DNA of 64,000 bases from Bugula neritina. Lineage: Eukaryota > Animalia > Bryozoa. The notes under the pieces were generated by a model that searched no databases, was not told the DNA's origin, and worked only from the letters and a program-made list of their open reading frames with translations. Position 1 is the first letter of the stretch; each line of letters opens with the position of its first letter. The DNA lies in the NCBI GenBank assembly GCA_964035545.1, contig OZ037772.1, forward strand, positions 10,972,818 through 11,036,817, read 5' to 3'. This document shows positions 32,601 through 45,600 of this stretch, piece after piece. The position numbers and the translations under genes were made by a program.

Positions 32601-35600
32601 AGAGGGAGGCACTCCACACACCACAGCTAGATGTTTAGAGAGAATCTATTACTGTATTATTATATTACATTATTGTATTATTATATTATTGTATTTTTGT
32701 TATTGTATTATCATATTATATTATAGTATTATTTTGTTATTATATTATAGTATTGTTATACATTATAGCATTATTATATCATTGTATCATTACATTATTT
32801 TATCACTGCATTATTATAGTATTGTTACATTATAGTACTATTATAGTATTGCATTATATTATTTTTGAATTATATTATATTATTGTATTATTTTTTTATA
32901 GTATTATTATCTTAATATATTACAGTATTGTTATAAATTATAGCAATATTATCAGTGTATATTATTACATTATTTTATTACTGCATTATTATAATATTGT
33001 TACATCATGGTATTGCATTATAATATTATTGAATTATCATATTATCATATGATTATATATTATAAAATTATTGTATTGTTGCATTTTTGTATTACCTATT
33101 ACTGTAATATTATGTTTTTGTATCTGGGTTAAAATTAATGTGAAATTAAATATTCCTTGAGCACACACCATATTAATAATATTATTAATCAGTTTCATAT
33201 AGAATAAACTAAATAAAAGCCAAGTAAAATAATCACTGTGCTGTCAAACAACAACAGTTCATTGCTTTGTAGCTGCGCCAGATTTTCTAGCACAGTTTGG
33301 TAAACACTAAGGCTAACTCACGTTCACAAGTGGGGGTGGTAGTCCAGCTCCCGTCACTCTTACAGTAAACGTTTGCGCTGTTGTTAGTATTGGAGTTTGA
33401 TCCCACAATCCTGTACCCAGTGTTACACGTGTATTTCACAGAGTTTCCAACCTGAAAGGGATAAATGACAAGTTCTCATAAGTTAGTGGCTTTCAAATTG
33501 CATGATGCTTAGACATATCAAGCAGAAAAAACGACATAGTACTAACATTCTTCATAATTGCAAGCAGTTTCAAAAACTTATTATATAACACTCTATTTCT
33601 GCACGCATAAGGGTAAAACTTGAGGAGATATAATATAGATTTGGATGAATATGCATCTGTCAATACTTGCCACTTCTTTAATAGGTGTGGCAGAATTTAG
33701 TAGTGCATCAGTGATAAACTTGAAAATCGCTCGACACAGCACTCAGTCTAGAGTCACTGATGTTGTGTATAGAAAGAATGCACTTAGTGACCTCAAATTA
33801 AGTGCTGTAACTAGTGATCTGTAGTAAGCTTACCATATATGAGTCACCCACGGCTGCCCGGTTAATATTGGCACCTCCACAAGGGGGCGCTTTCAAACAC
33901 TTGGTTGGTGCAGGATTTACTGCTGGATTTCTTTCTACAAGTATAACAGACAGTAATTACTTTATACTTAAAGCCAGGCTATAGTAAAAAAAATTCATTT
34001 TTCAACTCACAAGTAAAAATGAAACATTTAAAGTAGTTTTGTTTTAATTTTTTGATTGCAGGAAAAATTACTGCAAAAGTTAACTTTAGATTATTATAAA
34101 GGCACTAGTAGCTATTGAATAATTAGAAAAAAAGAAAAAGACTATTGTTAAATGTGCCATCAATATAATTTTATATATCTGTCATGAGAAGACAACTTGT
34201 AAGATGAGGGCATTGGAGCTATGAAGTGTTCTACAAAGAGGGAATAACTCTCACACCAACTCACCACAAACAGGTCTCCCAGTGGCTGGCCACATACCAG
34301 ACGTACAGACCAATCTACTTGGTGTACCAGCTTTCAACCTGTACCCAGTGATGCAGCTGTACGTAGCAACGTTGTTAGACACGGTGGATATGGCATTGCT
34401 GATAGAGGGGGGCCCGGAGCACGTGGCCGTCGGTATTGCTACAAGAGATACTCAACTAAATAAATGCTTTGTTAAGTATGAATATATTTTCAACGTTCTT
34501 GTCCCTTTTTAACTGACATTCTAGCCTTAGACAGCACACAGTGTATCTAAAATTTCTATCAAAGCAGAACTTTTAGTAGTTAAATTATTATTTTCATAGT
34601 AACATTTAAAAATGGTGAAAATCACAATAATATTGGCAAGTAGGCATTAAGAGTTTTTGCCCATTAAACTAGTGGACCAAATGGATCTCATTTGCTAAGT
34701 CTCGGCTTACAAAAAAAGCTTTTAAGTTGGCAAAAATTAAAAATATGACTTGAAAATAAACCAGTTGATGAAAAAATTGAAAAATATAAAGATTAAGTGG
34801 TCTACCAGTGAAGTTAGGCAGACACAATAAAATATTCTATATGTGATAATTGTACTAGGAATGGCATTATTGATAGAAATGATTTTATAGGTCAGTGTAC
34901 AGTAGAGGAATGGTCTATAACAATATTCATCAGTTATTATCTAAATTACCAGACTACTAAATTTGTTGACTTGTTCACTGAAACCTGTCGTAGAAGAAAA
35001 GTATTTAAAAAGTTGTTTTGGCTCTCACTAAAATGGCAGACTTACGTTCACAAGATGGCAGGTTAGGCCAGAACTGACTGGCCGTAGAACAATGTATCGT
35101 AGCTGTAGTTACTCCATTTCCTCCTTTTATTCTGTAGCCTGAGAGACATGTGTATGAAGCAGTAACCCCACTGTTGGACAGCTGGGGAGCTTGAGCAAAT
35201 GGGACGTTGGGTGGTAGGGGACACAACTCTGAAAAGACAAATATTTTCTGATGAGAGCTTTGTATATATTATATTTTATATATTTTATTATATTTTATAT
35301 TACATTTCATATCATTTAATGAAATCTTACAGAGGAAGTTACTGAAACTTAAAGCAGTTCTAAATTTTGTAAAACTTTTTGTTTTAAAACCTGCAGTTTG
35401 TAGATGCTCATAAAGTGCTATAAATAGAATGAATTATATATAGTAATACATTTATGTATACATAATATAAATTACATATAACAATATATTTATGCATGCT
35501 GTATGCATATAGTGAATTATATATAATAATACATTTATGTATACATGAAAAACAATATATACCTGTACTATAATGGTATATTAATTTAAATTCGTATTTA

Positions 35601-36778
35601 TATATATATAAATATATGTATTTATATATATAAATATATTATATATATATAATATAAATTATAAGATACTACATTAATTTTAATTAATATAGTTTTATAG
35701 AACTTTTCAAAAGCTCATGAGTCATCATCATGAAAATAGCCCACAACTCACTTCTGCGGCATCTCGGGGCAACCGTCCACCGCCCGTTAAGACACGTTAT
35801 GACCTGAGTTCCTTCAAGGACATAGCCTGGTTCACAGGCGTACTGCACAGTGTTTCCTGTGTCTAGACCTTGGCCATTGTCAATATGCGGGATGGGTGGG
35901 CATGGTCCTGAAATATTAAGAAGAACTCAGGTTAAAGTTTGTTTTATACAGCTAATCCACTTTGTTCTTATAGTATATGGCAAAACTTTGTGAACCAGGA
36001 TAAATTAGAGAAAAATGTACAGAAAAACTACACCAAGAAAAAACAAAAAATTGGCGCATAAACAAAATATTAATAAGTATTGAGTAAGAGATAAAATTGT
36101 GCTAATGTATGCAGAACACGTATTAGTTATTCACAAGCATTTGAATAGTTAATTAGTGTTATAATGTAGGAGAAGAAAATGTGCTGAGTTAAACATGGTG
36201 ATGTAATGAGTTTGGTTAATCAAGTCTTCACTCTTTCTCTGCGATAGCTTAATTTTGTAATATGCTACGTTTTATAATATAATATTTGCAGTTGAAAGTG
36301 CACCAAATCTAGTGTACGAATAATTAACATGACATACTCAAGTGACAGTAAATTCAAATTAGCCAAATGTTAATGCTTAGGACAATTTCAATTTTAGCTG
36401 CAAATTATTTTTAAATGCTATTTAAAATTATACACATTATAAACAAACTTATAAACTGTAAGGATAGATGCTCTAATGAAGAACTATCTTCTCTTTTAAT
36501 TAGGGCAGGGCTATGGTTAGAATAAGATAGCAATATTATTAAATGCAGCCTAATTACATTGTGCTGCTGACTTTATATAACCTAGTGCTGCCGTCTCTAT
36601 ATAACAATTAAGTCTTACTTGGTGCTGCCGCTGTTGTAGTCCTGATTCTTCTATTTCTCCTGTTCCTTCGATTTTGATTTCTTCGTCTATTTGCAGGTCT
36701 CCTTTGAGCTTCCGCATTGTCCACTAGCAACGCCAATACTACCAAAACTGTGCACAGTGTTCCTACATACACTCTCAT
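29670..36778 (-). CDS. Secreted protein: Arg-rich N-terminus, 6 sushi/CCP domains, C-terminal Caspr/neurexin-IV-like fibrinogen-type domain
   Basis: Exons: 36619-36778 (signal + RRPANRRRNQNRRNRRNRRIR); CCP exons 35752-35907, 35046-35228, 34265-34438, 33834-33934 + 33322-33451, 32447-32626, 31909-32112 (C-P..Y-x-C-x-x-G-Y..C...W..P-x-C); then 31374-31552 (PESCKDY..TIDPKG..C), 30806-31003, 30376-30593 and 29670-29871 (..CQC..SDT..IGPIQC). Confidence 0.83.
29993..30188 (+). mobile_element. tRNA-derived SINE copy (degenerate)
   Basis: TTAGAGCGCTGGCCTAGTAAACAC..CATAATTGCTCCTGTGCCACATCTGAATAAGTCCTTAG matches the family body; B box deleted. Confidence 0.7.
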
Positions 36779-37219
36779 CTGCGTTAATAGATAAACAATA
36801 ACCATAGAATAAGTTTAGTGTAGTATACTATACACTATTCTTTAAACATCTGCTCTCTAAACCAACATGTTATATCCAAAAGCTCTACAAGGAAAAGCTG
36901 AAAAGCTTTACAAAATGTTTCAAGAGCATACACATATGTAGTTTTTCAAACATTGCTAAGTGACATCTAAAAATACAAAACATAATCATGAAACAGAATG
37001 CATATATCGAGAGGTTTTAAGAACTTGCCTTGAAAGTAATTTCAGTCTAAAGTTTGGTATTAGTAGATGACACTTTGACTGTGCTGACTAGGCTGACACC
37101 CTGATTATATGCTGACACCCTGACTATATGCTGACACCCAGACACTATGCTGACACTCAGGCTGTGCTGACTAGATGAAACCCAGACTAGATCTGTTCTC
37201 TCTCCAGAGCTCTCTCCAG

Positions 37220-37226
37220 TTTTATA
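37220..37226 (-). promoter_or_regulatory. Candidate TATA box of the sushi-domain gene
   Basis: TATAAAA on the minus strand upstream of a putative 5' UTR exon (~37029-37195) that ends in an AAG|GCAAGT donor; CCAAT at ~37295; the coding exon starts immediately after an acceptor (CAG|ATG at 36778). Confidence 0.45.
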
Positions 37227-39653
37227 CCATGACGGCTGCCACCCAAACCCCGTGCTCTGTAATCTGCCATCTTCAAGAACTAATGGAGTGTCTCATTGGT
37301 TTGGTGCAGAACCGCATAAAGACTCTCCTGTCAGCCTAATCCCTAGATGAAACAGTGCACTGCAGTTTGCTGTAATGACTTGAGTGCAAATACAAGTGGC
37401 TGCAGCATTTTCAGTACCTAAGTTGAAGGCAGCAAGTTATCTGGGCGAGAAATATTCTTTGAATATTCCAGATTACAACACAATGTTTTATAACTGCGTT
37501 ACTGATAATATATAATTATGAAATATATATATATGTTATATATTTTTATAATATATAATTCATAGTATGCTGCATCATATGCAAGTTATAAAAAGATATA
37601 ATATATAATTTGTTGTATTATATTTTGTATATTGCATAATATGTATTATATTGATTCTATTATTTTGTTTATAATATATTTTGTAAGATACATACTGTAT
37701 AACATATACAAAACTTGAATAATTGATGACATTCTGTTGGCACTAGTAAAGCTAATTCACTCTTCAAATGTAATAGTATAATAAAATAGGTTGTTAAAAT
37801 ATAATGATATGAAAATTGTATAATGCAATATATACATATTATATTATGCATTACAGTATGTTCTATAAAACATTATAATTGATTATACATTAGATTATTT
37901 TTTGTTATTTTATATTATTTTAATTACTTTAGATAAAGGCTAGTGTATAATTGTTTGTAAGTAGTTACGTGCTATTACTATAATGCTTTGCTTCTGTGTT
38001 TTTAATAACATGTTATCATTAAATGTCTCAAATAATTTTCATGGAAATCATTTCAAACATTTGACTATAACATGTTATTAAAAACACAAGATTTCTATGC
38101 TACCAGAAGCTAAGAGTATGAACAATAATAATTATCAAACACTTTTATGAGCTCAGAATTTGGTTTTAATGCATACAATTGCTGGGCGGGTTAAAATAGA
38201 GCTAATGGATTGTTTCCCCTTGACTAGTAATTTGGATAATTAGTAGTTAATGAATTGCAGATTAAGTCTTGGGGGTAAGTGGGCGGAACCTCTAATCCAT
38301 GAGGATAAAATACAAGATAATCTCTTAAAGCCTTAGATCCTACCTGTAGCTGACAATTGTATCGCTATTGGGAACACCTCTCTTCATTGTGGTAAATATT
38401 TCAGCTAGAACTAAAGATATGAAGAAAGGTTGTTTCACTTTCTAAGATTTTGAAAACAATTATGTAATAGAATAGTGGAGATGTTATCTTTCCTAAACAC
38501 ACAATGGTATTACACCCATGTGTTGCCTTGTACCAAGTGAGCTGATGCTTGTTGTAGTGTAGAGATAATTAGCCAATGAAGAGCAACAATTAACTCTCAG
38601 TTTATCTCTTAGATCTACTCAGTTTGAGCTGCAGAATTGCAAGTTCATTTCTTACAGCTATTACGCTGTAAAATGGGTAATAAAAGTGAATCTTTAATGT
38701 TGTCATCTACCTTGTGTAAACTTTAGCTACTGTCAGTGGCAAAACCAGTTTTACATTACAATAATAGAATAAAATATTTTCTAATTTAGTTATAATATAG
38801 AATTGTAGCTGAGTCATGAAATGTATCAATATAATGTCAGACGTGAAGAAATATATAATGAATAATGGGAGAGTATTGAAGACAGGGGAATGAAAAAGAG
38901 GCTGGTTATCAACAAATCTTTAACCCTGATTGGTGGCTTTTAAATGTTTCTATCTAACATTAACAACTTGAAGTCATTATTTATAGCACCAGCCAGTAAA
39001 ATCTCAAAGAATATTATCAAAGATAGTTTATTTTTCAGTTTTGTTTGAATAATTATATTTCAATTATCATTCTTATGGGTTACATATTATTGGTGATATA
39101 TTATTGATTATAGTTTTTGTTATATTTTATTGAAAACTAATTAGCAGCTGGCGTTGAAGGCAATATTTTTATTTAACAAAGATGTACTAATTTTTGATAA
39201 GAAAACATGTAGGAAGATATATAATAGGTTTACTATATAAAAGTAGTAATGTTTAAGTACAAATAAGCAACATCATTTCTGTAGAAAAGCACATTTGTCT
39301 TCTATTAGCAGTGCATAAAAGTAGAAATTAAATATTGGCATTAAGTTTGACCCTTTAACAGCAATTTCTAAGCTCAATAAAACTGGACGATTTATGATGC
39401 CTTCAAATGGCATTTATTCAACTCAAAAAATGAAAATTTTGAGTTAAATACCTTCAGTTGATCAGGAAATTCTTAACAACTTTATAACAATAGTTTAGCT
39501 ATATTAAATTGACTCAGTTTTGTATCTCGCTAATGGTGACATGCAATAAAAAGTATTTAATAGATTATATTCAATAATGACAAGAATAGCTATAAAAAGG
39601 CACTAACCATATTAGAGTATATAGAATGTATGAGTTTTTTTACTTAGGGAACT

Positions 39654-42600
39654 CTATGCATCAGAATTTAAAGATTTGGATTCTGGGTTAAAATCTTCTT
39701 TACCAGAGTGATGTTTCTTCCACTTCTTGTACAGTTCAGTGATTATCTCCCCAGCAACAACGTCTGTCGTATTTTGGGCAATCAGTCTCATGCAAAACAC
39801 TCCATCCAGACATAGGTACTGCCCTGTAAACACATGTTATATGAGAGTGAGTGAGTGAGTGAGTGAGTGAGTGAGTGAGTGAGTGAGTGAGTGAGTGAGT
39901 GAGTGAGTGAGTGAGTGAGTGAGTGAATGAGTGAGTGAGTGTTACTGATTTAATAAATGAAAGAGATAGTTGTGAGTTAAGGTAGAGTAATCAAGTATTG
40001 GCTACGTAAGAAAGTGAGTCTAATATCATAGAGTAGTTAGTGAGTATAAATATTAGGCAGGGAAAGTTATAACCAAAAGGAAGAAGAACGTCACACCTAC
40101 CAATAAAAACGTCCACATCATGCATATCAGAATGGCTGTCTGCGTCCACCACTCTCATGATATTCAGATACTTCAAGATAAAGTTCTTGCCAGCTCCTGG
40201 TCTCAGTGTCTTTAGCAGCCAAATCAACAGTCCTAAACACAATCACTCTTTCACTTAGTATACGCACTCTTAGCCAGTGTTTCTCAAAGCACAGTTATAC
40301 ATGAGGAGCATAGTGATATCAACCTACACAACCTCATGAGACAAGTAAAGAACATTTTAAGAACCCAGATGCAGTTTTGCAAATTTATTTATATAATAAA
40401 TTGAAATTCCTTCCTAGTTTTATAAAGTTGATTTGGATTATATGTCCAAAATACTTAAAACGGTTTATAAATGGTGTAAATGCAGTAGTGTAGAAATTGA
40501 GCAAAGTCTACTTTTTGGATGAAAATTTAGCAAAAGAAGTTCTCAACCCTTGCCCACAAAAAAGTATTTATTAAAGAATCAAAGAGCCTAGGCTATTAGG
40601 ATTTGCCTGCTACAGCACCTTAATATGCTATAAACAGTGTCTAAGGTGAAGTGAAAAGCCTCAGGGTGATAGAGAGAGCTTACCCACAATGCTGAGAGCC
40701 GCTACAATCACCAGCCACCACCAAATCACCAAAAATATCTTCTCATTAAACAGGTTCACGGTCAACACACATTGCAGGGTGTATCTCTGGATGTTACTGC
40801 CCATTCGTCGTACCTACAACGTGGACACATATATTGACTACCACCTTCATATCTCTACTAGTTTTATTTTGATGTAATAAGGTAGTTGTAAAAAATTTCT
40901 GAAATAATATTGGTAACTTTATAAAGTAATTGATGCATTTTCTACATATTATTAGGATAATAGGATGCATATGATTATAGTTTCAAATAAAATTCTATGA
41001 AATATTCTTTCAATTTTCAATAACAGTTTGTAGCTTTCTGTCAAATGCTCTATCAGAAGATCTATTCAACCAGATCATACAAAAAAAGTTAGCCATAAAC
41101 TAAATTCTTATAGAGCCCATCTGAATTTAGGGGACATCTATTTGAGCACCCTTATAAACTTTCCTGACTGTAGAGCTCCATGTCTATATCTAACAACCAC
41201 CATAAGCTAAAATTTCAGCTACATGCAGTCCTATGACTTTGAAACTCATTAATGATACTGACCGCAAAGTCACAGTAAGTAATTCTCGGGAACATCGGGT
41301 TCTCAAGGTAAGCTCCGTCATCTTTCATAAGTGTTTGAAGGGCTCTGTATCCGTAGTCTGCATATCCGTCACCTGTATCATACCCACTAGTTATAAGAAT
41401 AAGCTAATAATAGAGTGCAAACGATATCTTAAGTTGGAGTTGTGGCCCACAAGAGTGTAGAGCATTTTACTTCATATAATTAGTGCACTTAATAGTCATA
41501 TTTAATCATTTTTTGCCATTTTTAGCTATAAAAAACATTAATAAGCTCAGTTTTTCGCTACAGTAGAAGCACAGTAGATAAAGTTGGAGTTGTGCTCTTT
41601 CACGCTGAACTATAGAGGTAGAAATAAACAAAGTTGGGAAATGTAAATCTTACCCATCATAAGTTGAAGCATGAAAATAAGTGCAATGGGTGCGGCAATG
41701 TACAGCAGCTTGGTGATCAGATACATGAAGAACAGGTATCGGCCATATTTGTTTCCCAGAGGAATCTTTGTCTGTAACACAGAGTTATCCTTCCTCTACC
41801 AATTTCACTACTTAGCAGTTATCTTTCTTTGAATTGTTACTATTATTTGGTTAATAATTTGCACAACTTTTAAAGCAGTCATGAGTTGGTTATAAAATTT
41901 CTTCAATTCATGACTCGATAATGTGCAAAAGGCAGCCATTTTTAAAATGGCTGCCTTTTGCATGATATATAACCTCAACTGGAACCAAATTCACAGAGTA
42001 CTCATATGTTTATGGTGTATCAAGTATAGCATTTATTGAGCTATTCAGATGTCTATGATATATAAAGTAAAGGAGCTATACTAGATTATTCAGATGTCTA
42101 TGGCATAGAGTACATAACACTCACAGAGCTACCCAGATGTCTATGGTAGGTGATGTGGCGGTCTAGCTGCTCTACTAAGTACTTGTTGGTGTCGTCTCTA
42201 GTGGCCGGGTTCAGATTATCAGCACTGCAGGCTACTTTGGTAATTGCCTCCACATCATAACCACTGGTTGCCATGGCAAACTTCCAGAAATACGCTGTAA
42301 ACATCATTGTATACTAATGCTACTGTCTCTGTCCCGGTAAGGCTATAGACTGTGTTACTTATCATGCTGACAACATCGTTTGAGGGCTTTCAACGTGGCC
42401 CATAAGCAAGTATGAATTAATGCCTTTTCTGACATCACCAATGTGCTACTCGAATTTGACCAATCACATGCAATGTTCTATCTACCCAGTGCTTTAACCA
42501 TTAGATGTCATAAACGATTCTATAATGCATTATAATGAAAAAATATTTTACAACATAAATAACACTATTCATTAACTACTATAATAATAACATTTATTTG

Positions 42601-45600
42601 ACAGTAAAGCCATAATCTCAAGTTTCTGGTTGTTATGTTGTTATTTTCTGCTATATTTTATGCATTTCACGCAGTTTTGCCAAATTGCCAAAGCTTTGAG
42701 TGTTGTCATAGAAATGATAATACTTTGTACTGCAGCAGACATGCCATGAATTATCATATTTCGAAATAAACCAGGAAAAATCCTTGAAGTTATATATTCA
42801 TCAGCCAAAACACTTGTTTTAAGTATTATCAATGTTCAAGGCTTTAGCAATCAATTGTATTACAGACAAAAAATTGGAGATTTGAATTTCTAATTGATTA
42901 GTCATGGGTATCATTCTACAAGTTGAATTTGAAATTCTGCCAGAGGTTTGAACTTTAGGTCTAAAGTTTCACGGGATATGTTACTAAACTAGGTTAACAA
43001 ATATATAGATATAGTCGCAGTACCCGCCAGAGATTTGAACTTTAGGTATAAAGTTCTCATTGCTCTTACAGGATGCCACTAACACTAGGTCAAAGAGTAG
43101 AGGAAGACATAGCCTTAGTACCTGGGATAGCGATAACCAGAATCATGAATCCGAGTATGATGGGCACCCACTGGTAGTAGGGCAACTCCTGATGTCTAGC
43201 AGAGCTGTGGTCTGGACTCGCCAAGTTTACAGGTCCGGGCAAGTTGGCGTCTGGTGCAATGTAGTACGTGTTTTTGATCTGTAGAACAGAAGAGCAAGTT
43301 GAAACAACATGCTTACCATGAATGAATGCAAATTGAAGGGTTATTTTTGTTGTAGAGTTTAGGCTATTGAATGATTTGCGGGCATTCTCTTTCACACTAC
43401 TTTTTTCATCTCCGTAAAAAACACACACCCAGGCAACAAACAAATACTACACACTGGATGAATTACATATAACTTTTACTTATGTAAGCTAGAGTTGAGC
43501 AACTACAATTTTTCAATGTAATATTAATTTCATAGCGAAGCTTGTGCTTTGAAAAAAATTTTATTTTATAAAAGTACAACAAGTACATAGGGGTTATATA
43601 CCTTTTGTAAAAACTGAAATAATGTTCTAAAGATTGCGATGAATTTTCAATATATAAAAAAATACATCTTCCAGAATGGCTTAGCCAGGTATATATACAA
43701 AATGTTAGTAATTTTAGTATAAATTTCATTAATAAATCACAGAATTTCACAATAAGTTACAGCAGGCTTGACTTATAATTTTTTGTCATGGAATTTACAT
43801 AAACACAAGTTTAAATCATCACTTTTATTATTAAAAAATAAATATTGGTTTGCAAAAGTTATAGGTTTAGGTAAAAAGCAAGTTTTTAGTATTATTAGAA
43901 TAGTATATATAGTAGTATTATGAATTTTTTCTGAGAAAATAACTTCTTTTGCTACATTTTCAAACTATAACACAGGCTTTTCTCAATTTCTCCATTACTG
44001 CATCAAACTCTAAAACTTTTTGAGAACTAAGTGGAATTGCTCACATTATTTTGCATGGAAACAGCAAAAATTTTGCTAAAAGCAGGGCAAAAAGCATGCA
44101 AGAGAAATATAGAGTCCTAGTATAAGACGAAAGCTTCACGTCCATGGCATGATTACGTACTGTAGGTATATAGTTATACTACTTAGAGACAATTCAACAG
44201 GTAGACTTGCTACATGTTGTATAGTTATACTACTTAGAGACAATTCAACAGGTAGACTTGCTACATGTTGTATAGTTATACTACTTAGAGACAATTCAAC
44301 AGGTAGACTTGCTACATGTTGTATAGTTATACTACTTAGAGACAATTCAACAGGTAGACTTGCTACATGTTGTATAGTTATACTACTTAGAGACAATTCA
44401 ACAGGTAGACTTGCTACATGTTGTATAGTTATACTACTTAGAGACAATTCAACAGGTAGACTTGCTACATGTTGTATAGTTATACTACTTAGAGACAATT
44501 CAACTGGTAGATTTGCTATAGGAACACATTTTTTACTGATTGATAAACAAGTGACAATAGCAGTTCCTGCTGACGCGAGCTGCTTCTAGTCAGCTGACCT
44601 TTAAAGACATCACTAAATATCTGTCTCCTATCCTGGCATCTTTACCCTAGCCTTAGTTCCCTGCATACCATCTACCAGCAATATTATTATTATAGTTGAA
44701 TGCTGAAGAGCTAGCTGGTCTTGAGGCTATATGGAAGCAAGCCATGATAGCACTAGAGGGTTGTTTACATTTCTGTTATAAACAGTAGTTACATGAGTAT
44801 CAAATGATCATCAACTACTGTCAACAGAGCCTATGTAAACTAAACTGTGTATATGTAATGACACAGCATAATAAACACAAGATGGCTCCTGGATTCTTTC
44901 AAACAGAATACATAGAGCTGTTCCTGCTAGAGTGCTACTAAACTGTGTATTTTGTGATGCTGTGATGCAAAATTTTTCATAGAGTTTTGTAAGCAACTAA
45001 AAAATATACCAAGGAGTCAAGCTGACTGCAAAGTTGCAGTATTTTCATTTATACTTGTGTATATAAGTTTTCATTATACTTGTGAAAATAGCTACCAATG
45101 ATAGCCAAAATAAATTTTAAATTATAAATTTTTATTACTATAAAATAAGTTTTTTAGATGTGCCCAACACACCGTATTCACCTTCATATCTGATTAACTA
45201 TGTGCATAGAGTATAAACCACTGAACTGAAACTATAACCCTTATAGTTCAATGGTATAAACTACATTACAGAGAAACGGGACTTTTCAGAACTTTATAGG
45301 GAATCGTCTTCTTTTTAATGTTGAATTGTGACAATTTAACCTCAATATTAACGCTGTTACTTTTTATTGATTGAAAAATTAGTTTTAAATTTTGACCTAT
45401 AAACACAATTTAAATTTTTTATCAATAATAATTACATACTAGTTAGTCAACATAAAACCTCATTTCATTCCTTTTTCACCAATTACTTTTCTTAGATGCT
45501 TAGCTCAAGCCAAGTCTGTTTAAACCAAAATCTAGGTCAACCAGGTAAGTTAAATTATTTATAAAAGTTTACCTTATATGGGAGTACTCAAGTATCAAAT

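Noticed and set aside
44136-44589. ORFs with 17-aa repeats
   Set aside because: A 51-bp intronic minisatellite, open on both strands, with no supporting gene structure.
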